Program-made: the position numbers and the translations under genes
Shown: positions 52,801 to 64,000 of the stretch, one piece after another
How the letters are laid out: each line of letters begins with the position of its first letter
How positions within the stretch are numbered: position 1 is the first letter of the stretch
Source of the DNA: Fimbriosthenelais zetlandica
Lineage: Eukaryota
Assembly: GCA_977030845.1 (NCBI GenBank)
Contig: OZ365112.1
Span: 19,964,001-20,028,000 of the forward strand
DNA: 64,000 bases
Reading direction: 5' to 3'
Notes under the pieces: model-generated
What the model was told of the DNA's origin: nothing
Databases searched by the model: none
Seen by the model: only the letters and a program-made list of their open reading frames with translations

Positions 52801-55800
52801 GTAAGTTACTCGCCTTAGTTCATCATGATGATGTGAAACAACATCAGTCAGATATACAAAATACTGGTAAATATTGAAAAATGAAATGCTGTTATTTCAC
52901 AGAGCACAACTCTCACAGTTGCCTTTATTACTCTGTACTTTTCTTATATCATAAATAAGAATTTGGCCTGTTTCATCGCTAACTCTTCAACAGTCGATCT
53001 GTCACTGCATTGTGCATATTGTAGATTGAGGTTTTAATGTAAATAAGTCACCTAATATTATGTACCGGTAATCCTTATTTAAAGTAATATGCCCATTAAA
53101 TTCACTTTAAAATTTGAAGCATCATAATGAAAATATATTGTTTATTTCTCGCTAGAACTACTACTTTGACGCCTTAAATCAGTTATGGGTATGGAAAATC
53201 AAAAGCTATAAGTTTTGTGGCTCGATCAATGCACCAATTGTTAGAAACAAAAATTGCTTTCAAGAACCACACGATATTATGAGAGTTTAGACCCTCACAC
53301 CTCCGCGATTAACATAGAAATTTATCCCCTATAGAAATAAAATCAATTGTGGATTCCATTCCTGAGACCAATTTGCTTCCAATCAAAGATTTTCTTGCTT
53401 AGTAATTTTGCTTGAATATTAAGACCATGTATCCTATGGCTTAGACACTTTTCTGCATTGCTTCGTGTTTAGAATTCCCTAACTTGTCAATTGACAGGGA
53501 GGGTGAAATTTCAATATCCATTCTAATATAGTTAAATAGGGAAGGGCTGTTCATATTGAAAGTTGACAATATCGACATCTCAGAATGTGTTGAGAAATAA
53601 TACTACAGGGTCTTTGAGGTTATATACCATTTCTTCCAGCTATTCCCTACGACTAGTAAAACGAAAAAGGTATGCAGGAGTCCACTACCACCCTACTAGA
53701 GAAAGTACACACTAACTGTAACAGGCAGATGTGAACCAAAACAGACAACCTCTTTAATCTAATAAAGAAATTTCACAAAGTATCCTTGATGGACACAGTC
53801 GAGATGAAACTAAAGCAATGTTTAGCCACATGTTTATCCTAGGATAATGGAAGGGAATTCGGGGAGATCACCTGTTTATCATAGGACAATGGTGGAGTAA
53901 TTTTCGCCGGCATCTGACTGTGTGGGAGGTGTACACGTTTAGATTTCTTTAGAGGAGGTTGTCTGTAAATACACGTCTTCTTGTTCAGGTGTGGCTGTCC
54001 GTTTTATCATAAGAATGAACCATTGCATGTACTGATAAATTGCCCTGGGTGGTTTAACCTTTACTTGGACTATAGGCAGTATTATCATGAGATACACTCT
54101 AACAACATGCCTACTTCTCCTGAAATCTTTCGGCAGGGTTGTAAGCCTTCATTGGGATTCTGAATCTCAACAGTTCCTTCACGTTTCCCTTGGTGTTAAG
54201 GTCCATTTCCACTGGGTTCTAATTAAATCAAACCTATGTTTAAGCTCGAGCGCAACCTGTGAATACAGGCTTATAAGGAGCACACTTAGCTGGCTACATT
54301 TCGTACTGCAGAAGATGATAGATAGGAAATGCCAGAGCATTTGTTTCAAAATGAAGTTTTAAGATGGCCCCATATGAAGTTCTTTGGCTAGGTATCTTAT
54401 GTTTCCAACATGCACTATATGCTTAATTCTAAGCTTTTTGGCTATAAACTCTGAGCTCTGCTTCTATATGAACTCCTCCCTGTTCCTCAAACTGCAGCCG
54501 AAGATACAGGTACACGCACCTTCTCTCTAGCAGTTTCCATACACTGGGTGGCTTGCTAAATCCTCGCCAAATTATGCAGACACTAAATGTTCTACTTTAT
54601 CTACGACATAAAATGGAAGTCATTAATAACTGGGGAATAGTTTGGTTGGGGATCTTATAAAAACTTTATTGTAAGAGGAGGGATATTTATGCAAGCCACC
54701 TGATGTTCCCACCTCTACAGTCGTTATAATGACTGTCTACCTTGGTCCTTTATAATTGTTTAGGAGTCGCCTCCTCCTCTTCCAATGTAGATTCTTTTTC
54801 CATGCAAGGCAAAGCAACTGATTTATATGACAAAATAGACACGCATGACATACATGTATCGAGTAAGACCCATATTTTCTTTTGCATTAGTTTCAGATAA
54901 AAATAGACATCTTGCTTTGCATTGCATTATTTATAATATATTGAATGTTACTTTGGAAGTAGTAGGATTAAGTAGAGGACCTTGCAGGGACAATATCAAT
55001 AAGCTTTTCGTTGGAATTGTTACAGTTGTAGGTTCTAGAAGTACGGAGTTGTAAATGTTTAGCTTATTGCCTGAAGGAAACCTTGGAAATAGCTCATCAA
55101 AAATGTCATCAAATTGTTACACACGGCATCTTTCGAAAAAAAATAATTTTGCACACCTTGATATATATAGTATATGTTTTTGACAAACGTGATATAAATG
55201 CAAGTATTTGGTATCTGCTATGGAATACTGCACTTTATGTAACAAAATTATAAATTGATTTCCGGTACTGTTTTCCATTACTCTTATCCATTAACTGAAA
55301 GCCAGCACTGGATCGATGTATTCTAAAATGTGGAAGCACTAGTGCTACAGAAATTAAATAATTCATTCTTCTTCCAATCAAATCGTTAATCGATTTCTTT
55401 TCTGTCAAATTGTTGAGTGTACCTGGTCAGAATTTTTCTTTCTCCCCTTTCTCCGCTGTCTGTTAGAAAAAAATTCATAGGAAGGTATGATACGTAGGCA
55501 GAAAATATTTGTATTCTGACACAGACTTTCTTTACGCCTGAAGTATTTCACCATTCTAAAGTTCAAACACCCAAAGTATTATGTAAGAAAGATTGTGTTA
55601 CTTAAAGATAAGGAGCTGAAAATTGCTCTATATAGGTCTAAATACCTGGGATTATCTGATTTATTTCCCATATCAACCCCTTTGATGAGTATGAATATTT
55701 TTGTATCATGTAGATGCAAATTGTTTTCTCCTTGACTTGTTCGTCTAAATCGTGTGTGTTAAAATCATCTCGCTAACTTTATCTCTGCAAGTGTAATATT

Positions 55801-56410
55801 TTCTACAGTTCCTTCATCTTCCTCTTTTCCTTGTAGTCTGGATCTCTCCTTTCTTAATAAGTAGAAGACGAAGCTTGTTGTGCCGTTAACATGTTCTTTT
55901 CTCTTATTTCTGTGGTATTCCTTCAAGCTGCATGTATCTCATCAACCTTTATATAATTCCATGGCTGACTGACTTAGAAGTGCCCAGTAGAGCCTGCAGT
56001 ACCTGCACCACTATAGCTGATACTATATTTCATCTCAACTCCTATCTCACTGTCTTTGAATCTTTCAGAGTAATCCGTCAGGCCAATGTGCAAAAACAAT
56101 CACTTTTCGTTAATGCTTTCCTACTGCTATGAAGTCTCACTCTAATGATCTTATACATGTTTCTGGATATCAGGAGGAACTTTCAGCTGTCTATAATACC
56201 AAAAAATCCCTACCACATTCACTTTTGCATCATCTTAGATCTCCACTCGACAAGTTCAATTAACATTATTTGCATAGGCTCCTTGCCACGAGAGCAAAGG
56301 AAATTCACTCTTAAGGGACTTAAATCTTTTAGGCCTTTGACGGATGAACATGATATCTTTACTTTTTTAGGCAATTTATTTGAATTTTGCCTTTTTTTTT
56401 ATTACTTCAG

Positions 56411-56581
56411 GAGGGAGGGAAATACGGAGAGCTTTTTGCAGCAGCTCTGCGCAGTTACGGCATTTTATGTATAGGATTGTATCGGTTTAGGGATACAAGT
56501 GCCTCCACACAAAGTCCATCTTCAAAACGCTACGTCATTACCAACCCTCCAGATGACTTCCCCTTACTTCCAACAGACCAG
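56411..56581 (+). CDS. slo: Slo1 RCK2 C-terminal exon
   Basis: tacttcag|[28 protein letters not shown]...[20 protein letters not shown]|gtaaga; 171 nt. Confidence 0.97.
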
Positions 56582-57837
56582 GTAAGATGTGGTAACTTGT
56601 TACACCCTTCATCCCCCTTCTATCAGAGTGTCTATGGTTTGTCCCCCACTCTCTACTCTTCATATGCGGTTTGCTAATCTGGTCGTTGGGCATCTTCCAG
56701 TATTTATATCCTCCATTGTAATGTTTGGGATTTTCCAAGACCTGTTTAACATCATTATTGAATTTTATTTTTGCCTCCTAATCAGTTTATTAATTCAGAC
56801 TAATCTAAAGGATGGACAGATGGAAGGATGTAACTGTTGCCCTGTTGAATTCGCTAATTTTGATTTTGTTTGGTTGAACTACCTGTCATATTTTATGATA
56901 TATTTGGGGAAGATGAAATGACCAATTAATAGATATTTTGAAGCTGATCCAAAAGAATATTTTACATCCTCTCATATGCTAAAACATCAGCATATATTGT
57001 AAAAGAATTTGTCTGTCTCAACAGACCTTCCATTGTCTTGGTCATTTTTCCTTCGAATTATAACCCACACTTATATTACATTTTCTACCAAAGATCATTT
57101 GGTCATATAACTATATATATATATATGTGCTGCTTCCTATGCTAAAGGCTATAGTAAACCTCTATGAGTAAGCTCTATTGCAGCCAGTCTATTGTATATA
57201 TTATTTTTGATAGTTAAAACGATGTCACTTTCCCGTTATCTTCATGGGAATTAGCCATAGACTATTCAGTGTGCCCACTAATAAATTCATTTTAAATACG
57301 ACAACTTCTCTAAAACCTTTATTCACGGTATAAATTCATGATGTTCAGTTGCATTTGATTGTTTATGTATGTGTTTTCTGACAAAACTAACGGATATGAT
57401 TATTTAGCCTATCTTTAGTATTTGTTGGTTTTTAATTGAAGCCGCCTGCAAAATGTTGTCGGGATTCTTATGAACAGAGATATCAAATCTCATTTCTATT
57501 CTTTACTAAAGAAGTCTAAGAAATTGTATTGTTATCTGCTTATTCCTCTATATGGATTATAAGAATTTCACATTCTGCCGTGTAAGCCCTCTAAATCATA
57601 ACGCCTTCTGCTCCAGGCCACGTCTGTGTACCTTCTTTGATATTCTTTAAGGTTTATTAATCTATATGGCTGTGGTGGATCAAGCTGATGTTATTTTTTC
57701 TGACTTCCACCAAGGCACCCTGACACATTTTTCTGGCAGCGGATATTATTATTTGGCCTGCACCTCAGGACACCAATGAATGGCTTTGACCTATGACCTC
57801 AGTATATACTAACCTCCAAGTTATCTCTCCTTGCCAG

Positions 57838-57898
57838 GTTTTCTGTTTTGCCCCCAGCCACATTTTCCATGGTTGCTCCTCTGAAGTTCATCCAAAAC
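57838..57898 (+). CDS. slo: Alternative penultimate exon VFCFAPSHIFHGCSSEVHPK (61 nt, frame-shifting); reads through to TAA 57955-57957 if the donor is unused
   Basis: TACTAAC at 57807-57813; tctctccttgccag| ... aaac|gtaagg; begins VFC like the terminal exon. Confidence 0.7.
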
Positions 57899-58748
57899 GT
57901 AAGGGAACACCAATGCTATTTTGTGTATACACTATTTCTTCCAAAACTTGTGTTTAAGAACCTGCAGATGCGGCAGGTTGCGTACAAAAACAATAATGAC
58001 CCTTACCCACCTTAGTAAAATTACAACTTTTCACAAAATATAACACTCATTCCATCAAGTTTTCTGTCACTCAAACATAAACTATCACCCCACATTGTGA
58101 CATCACCATTGTATATGATTATCGAGTCTATTCACAATCAAGAATCTCCTCGTGGTTGTAATCTCTGAAGTTCTGAATTTGAATCCAAATTATTGTGTTG
58201 CTATGCTGTATGGCTCCCAAAATATAACAAAACTCCTAACCTGATACAATACTGGTACCTTAACTCCATAAGTCGTAATTAACTAATAATTAGTTCTACA
58301 ACAGAGAACCCCCCACCTTAAGATCCCAGCTGCTGAAATGATACTGACTTCTTTGTAAATTCCTTAATCATACCCTCCTATTTTCTGGCCATTATTCCAA
58401 GCTTGGGGGAGGTTCCTATAGTTATATTCTTAGTGGATGTAGGCGTTTTCATATTTAATCGCTGCATTGGAATACCCTCCCTCCATAATTCCACAATTTA
58501 CAAATTATATTAAAAAAAACCAACTAATTATGTATACATTTTGACGATGAAGCACATAGACATTAGATTCTAACATTTATGAGCATATTCAAGTAGAAAT
58601 GATATTTTATTTCATGATATGAATGTCATGAATTAATGCATGTTCTTTGTAATGGAATGTGATGCAAAGTGTTACCGACTTTTACAAAAACAGAATTGTA
58701 AATGAAGGGATTCAATGCATCTGTGGGATTTTTACTGCATAAGCAGGC

Positions 58749-58754
58749 AATAAA
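58749..58754 (+). promoter_or_regulatory. AATAAA, possible poly(A) signal for the proximal terminal exon
   Basis: Hexamer about 0.8 kb after TAA 57957; common by chance in AT-rich DNA. Confidence 0.2.
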
Positions 58755-60390
58755 ACACCCGTGTGTTCCAAGATTCGCATATTGATAATGTCTAGGACAA
58801 TCTGTCTATTCATGAATTTGTAAAAGATTGACTTTGCATCCTGTATGCATTCTATTACAAAGTGGGAGTGTAGATGGGTAGAGGTGTTGATGCCATGCAA
58901 TGAAGACATGCTATGTTACATCTTCTCGTATTGCATCAAACTTTTCAAAATTATGTCTTCATCCCTTTTCCTCCACCGCTTTTGAGCGCTGAGTAACATT
59001 TTAACGGAAATTAACAATGTTAATTAAATATAGTTGGATAATATGATCCTATGTGATTTAGTCTAAATTGTCCAGAGAAGAATTACTAAAAGCAATTTCT
59101 TAATTACCTTCAACTCCAGGTACAGTATATTAAAGATGGACACAGATAATATAGACTAATCTGTATTTTAAGCCAAGGTAACATTACCCCAGTTTCTCTT
59201 TATATTTCTCTACGATATCCCATTTATATAACCCCGTTTTGCCGTAAAATATACAATTGGTGCTACCATAAATGTAGAAATCAGCCCAACCGACCCATGC
59301 ATTTTTTTAGTCCAGTGGTATTTTTTCCTCCTTGAATCTAATTTTTCTATTAAGAACAGTTTGCAAGTGGGTGTTGCCGTATTATACCATATAATACTGG
59401 TACAATAAGTCTGTATACATATCCTGTCCGTCTCAGTTGACCAAAAGCTGTACCCTATGTGCCCACCACAGTCCAACACTGCGACAAAATGAACGGATCT
59501 AGGGAGGTAACGATCCCTACCAATCCTCAACAGAAGCAAAATTCCCCATCTATATTATTTATTCAATATTCCCTCCCCACATAGAGTATATAGACCCATT
59601 TATCTCTATTTCATTATAATATGCATATACTTCCATATAATGTAGCGGAAAGTATATTCAACTATTCTTAATATTTTAGATGGGTTTAAATGAATTTAAT
59701 CTAATATTATTTGAAAAGGTTATTGAAATGATTTATGAATCTTGCTTGCCAGTTAAATTCAGTTCTCCTCATTCATTTTGGTTACTCAATATCATTTCAC
59801 CATTAGAATAGCATATAGCTGGACACTCTCGACTTATATTATATATGAGCATGATGTAAGCTTCATCATTTCTCGACTGCACTTGCAATCTCACTTCTTT
59901 CCATTTCATTTATATCACCCGACCCCTTAACACTTAAATACTGTGCTTACATTCCTACTTTAAATTGCCGTGACTTGATGTTTGTAGCATATTATTGTTA
60001 TAAATTATTGGCTAGGGCTAGTATTTAATTTCATGTCTCGTATAATATATCAATTACTGTAAAAAACAGTGTTGTCTTGTCTAAATGAATGTGCCTTTTT
60101 CCCAAAGTATTATTTACATGTGAGAATTGCTCAGTATCGTTGCAAACTTATGATAAATATTCAATTTTTGCATAAATCCCCATTAGATGACTGGAGAAAA
60201 AGTAGAAAATAGTTAATTTGCAGTAATCACCGTTATAATTTCATAAACAGGATCCTATTGCAAGAAGTAATAAAAGGAAAGAAACATATTTGCTTATCGT
60301 GAAGAACTGAAAATCGTAACATTTGTTTTAGTTATTTCTCGACATATCTGGATTTTCCTTAGTTTCTAAACGGCCGTTTTGTCTTTGTAG

Positions 60391-60492
60391 GTGTTTTGTC
60401 TACGACCGTTTGAAATTATTGAGCGACAGAGTACCAAGCGCCGAAAGAAACGCCGGGGACATCGTTCTTCTCAACTCTCAATGGAAAGCTGA
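60391..60492 (+). CDS. slo: Slo1 terminal coding exon VFCLRPFEIIERQSTKRRKKRRGHRSSQLSMES*
   Basis: ttttgtctttgtag| acceptor; continues TDQ|VFCL as in Slo1 C-termini; TGA 60490-60492. Confidence 0.85.
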   Translation: MFCLRPFEIIERQSTKRRKKRRGHRSSQLSMES

Positions 60493-60826
60493 AGATAATA
60501 GGAAATTAAAGACGATCTTATAGGCGTAGTCTGTGAAGGACTAAGCCAGGAAGCTACTCCCTCCCAATGCTTAAAACCAGGCCCAAGTCCTCGGTGTATG
60601 CCTCCCTTCACTGGCAATAACGTTTTTGTAACATGAACGCCAGTTTGAGAGGGAGTTGTGAACATTCGGGTTTAACCTAAGACATGCAAAACGGCGAGCA
60701 AGAAGATTGGCTGCACCTTCACGCGCCATCATTAAGTGTTTGAGAGAGGAGAGCATTGGATGGCTGTAATTCTCTTAAAGGGAAGATCTATAACAAGACG
60801 GTGAATATACCCATTGCCCAGATAAA

Positions 60827-60868
60827 ATATCCGTGGATACAATATCCGTGGATTGTGATCCGTGGATC
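60827..60868 (+). repeat. Imperfect tandem repeat with core ATCCGTGGAT x3 in the putative 3' UTR
   Basis: aatatccgtggatacaatatccgtggattgtgatccgtggatc. Confidence 0.8.
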
Positions 60869-63201
60869 ATATTTCTGTATAATATCGTGCAGAACTCCTT
60901 CCCTGTGGATTCTCCCTTTAACAGATATATAGACTGTGCACCACTCAAGTCCACTCCATTCCTGTTTGTGAGCATCTCCATGCCTGGTCCTCGTTTTTCC
61001 CCTTGGACCGTTGTGTATAAATGCTTTTATAAATTTCTTACCTTTTGACTTTTGAACTACCCACCAAAATTATGGACAATTAAAAAGACAAAGCACCGAA
61101 GACGAAAAACATCATAATTCTAAGTATAGTACTGTTTTTAGATGTGTAATTTAAGTTTTCTGGTGTCTGGAAAGACAGCTTTCATTGGGGCTTATTTTAC
61201 AAAGTTACATATAATTATTCTTCATTTGTGAGTAAAGATTCTGGTGGTTTGAGTGCTAAATCTGTGTGGATATTGAATATTATACTGTCAACTAATTACT
61301 GTGATTGTAGATTGAAGATGAAATCTATGCACCAAAAGGGCGAATGATAAATTGGGCATTACTCAAATTGCTAAATCTTTGCTATGGCAGATGACATGTG
61401 CTTTTTGGACACTGCAGCTCAAAACTAGTTGCATTGCTGCCCCATACCGTACCCTTTGCTGCCCCTGGAACTTAAGTATTAGTAATTCGTTAGCCGTATT
61501 CAGTACTATGTTAATACAGTTAATATATTTGTATATAATTGGTCAGTATTTTCTGTAAATTAGTAAGACAAAGTGAACAAAAACGTAGTTGGTACTAGGA
61601 TTCGTCTCTTTTGTTATATGGCGGCTATAAAGTCATGTGACGAATCATGTGACCTATGGCCACATGGACTTCCTATGACATCATCAGACAGTGGCTCTGT
61701 CGTCATTAGACTAAGCTGTCATATACACTAGCTATATTGGTCCAAAATTGGGGTTGAGTTTTTGCCCTCGACTATCAAGTAGAAACAAAATGGTATATCC
61801 AAAAAGCTGATCTCGTAAAAACTCGGCTTCTACGTGATCTCACGTGAAGTATTAGTTATATAATTTCATCCCTTTCATGATTACTTTGTTACCTTGGTCC
61901 TAAAAATATGAAGAGTTTTCTCATCAATACACTCTCTCATAAAGAATACCTGGATAACTAATTATAATTATATATACTTGCTATTATATGATATAACCTA
62001 TGAGGATGTAAATATATTCTATTTTCATGTGCTTTTTACTCCAATGGTGTGTAAATATTGGTAACTTCCAAGTTGAGGGTGATCCGTTGTGTGCCTATTA
62101 TTATGATACAGATTTTGAGAAAAGTTATTAACAGTAAAGAGTTCCCTTCATGGAAAATATAAAAGTGGCTACACCTATAGATTAAAGAGGATATAACTCG
62201 TCCCCCAATACTGTAGTTTCATATAAACATAGTGGCTATAGTGTCATATAAATAATATCCGTTCCTCAGGAATATCTATCAGATGCTCGCTCTGTGGGAT
62301 GAAACATGTCAACAGAACTTGACAGCTGTGTTTTGTGATGCTGACGCTATTAATATACATGTAAAGGTCACCGGTGTGATCAAACCTTGCAGATTATCAC
62401 TCACTTTCCTAAACCGCCCACCTATTCAGTTTCTTTTTGTTAGACAGATTTCCTATTTCCATCTCTAAATAGACAATATCCAGTGTTCTGTTCTTACAGG
62501 TCCTTTCTCTCATCCAAGTTTCTGTTGGCTATATAGGCCTATTATATCAAGAAATGAGGTTGCCAAGCAATGTCATTGTTCCAAAATGTGTCTAAACCCT
62601 TGTAACAAAGAATATCTTCAAATTAGTTTGCTTTATTTGTTCACATATCAATCCAAGAAAGTTAATAAGTGTCTTTGACAAGTCGACTCTGAACGCCTTT
62701 TCACCATCTCTGCCTTTCCTCTGTGCCCGCCTCTATACATATACTTTCTGTCCCAATGTCCTATATATATTATACACATTGAAGGATTGTCATGCTCATT
62801 TTTAATCTCAGAAGAAAGGGAGTATTTACCTTAGGTCAAAAGCTAGAGTTAATTGGTTGCAGTGAAATGAGAAAATTTCATCATAAGGCATTGTATTGGT
62901 TAGATATCAAAAGTTGGGTCCAAGATACAGGTAGGGAAAGCAACAGCAATTAGTCCCTAGTCTAAACATGTTATCCATGCATACTAGGGTGAGGCGTATC
63001 ATCGAGGCAATCCAGTCACATGTTGAAGCGACTGCATCGCATGAATTAAGACACCCCATAAAAATACAATATGAATGCACAAATATTTAGGTTAAACATG
63101 AAGCTACGCAAAATAATCATCGAGAATCGGATAACGATTTTGACCGAAGAGAAAAGAGTACTATTTTTTTGTGAAAAAGCTTGTGGATGCGATAGGTTAA
63201 T

Positions 63202-63207
63202 AATAAA
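63202..63207 (+). promoter_or_regulatory. AATAAA, possible distal poly(A) signal
   Basis: Hexamer 2.7 kb after the stop codon; no cleavage-site evidence. Confidence 0.25.
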
Positions 63208-63837
63208 ATTGCGCCACCATTAGCTGCTGTAATATTTATGAAAAGCCACGGTAATTAGTGAGAAAATATTGGAAATCTTCATATATAAAGGTGGCCGATT
63301 GTTTTTGTGTGTATACAGCATATGAAATTCACTGGGTTGGGATGGGGAAAACCAACTGGCACTAATAATATACCTATAGACCTTCCGATGTATTCCATTG
63401 TATTTGTGTGACATGAAGATTCTTTGTATATACCATACAAAGTATTTATCGTACATCCAAGTTATACATAATTATGATTATGTATCATTCAATTGACCCC
63501 TGTGATGTCAGTCCTCTATATTATAAGTTTTCTTACTACTGGTGGGTGTCAATTACCCACCTGACAACACTACTATACATGTACATGTACATGTATATGG
63601 CTTGTATACATACTCCAGACTCAGCACATCCTTTGTGTGAGACCATCATTGGAAATCTTTGATGCTTTCCAGGCCACACACAAACACATAGGCTATATAT
63701 AGAAGAGAGTCTGACAGGTTTTGATAATAAACTGTTAATAGAAATGTGTATCTGTCTCTGTCTATCTTGTCTATCATCAAGCTATATTATTCTTGTATGA
63801 AATTAGCTTTATTTGTAGCCCATGATAATGCACATTG

Positions 63838-63947
63838 ACAATTTTACATAATCCAAGGTAATTCTCGATGAATATTTTACATAACACAAGGTAATTCTAA
63901 ACTTTACATAACCCAAGATAATTCTCGATGACAATTTTACATAATCC
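63838..63947 (+). repeat. Imperfect 30-33 bp minisatellite (TTTTACATAA..CAAG.TAATTCT) x3.5
   Basis: Direct reading of repeated units. Confidence 0.75.
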
Positions 63948-64000
63948 ATTCATCCCTACTATTCCTGGTACTGTACAGATTCAATTAGAATACCACATGA

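Larger units (their letters stand above)
828..60492 (+). other. slo: Slo1/BK channel alpha-subunit gene, full coding span, multi-exon
   Basis: Ordered GT-AG exons with compatible phases encode hallmark Slo1 motifs: [76 protein letters not shown]. Confidence 0.98.

Noticed and set aside
53981-54163. C-x-C...H-x4-CP resembling a LINE zinc knuckle
   Set aside because: Short, no ATG, and no adjacent reverse-transcriptase motifs recognised.

Overview
Eukaryotic, AT-rich genomic DNA. Almost the whole window is one intron-rich, + strand gene: the BK / Slo1 (slowpoke, KCNMA1-type) Ca2+- and voltage-activated K+ channel alpha subunit. The exon peptides most resemble lophotrochozoan (Aplysia-like) Slo1; the species cannot be determined from sequence alone. 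I hand-assembled a frame-consistent GT-AG exon chain from ATG 828 to TGA 60490-60492, about 1,080-1,110 aa depending on linker exons. It covers S0-S6, the TVGFGD filter, RCK1, the CKQCH heme motif, RCK2 and the calcium bowl. Main unexpected content: (1) the 13.9-kb interval encoding the RCK1-RCK2 linker holds an array of about 14 candidate frame-preserving cassette exons/microexons (6-186 nt) with a TGCATG (Rbfox-type) cluster and a STREX-sized Cys/His-rich exon; (2) a 61-nt penultimate exon would frame-shift the last exon and swap a polybasic tail for a T-x-V (PDZ-type) C-terminus; (3) intron 1 contains an S0-like short ORF; (4) several normally conserved channel residues are substituted. All alternative exons are predictions from splice signals and reading frame, not from transcript data. 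Nearly all other ORFs in the supplied track are intronic noise or antisense shadows.
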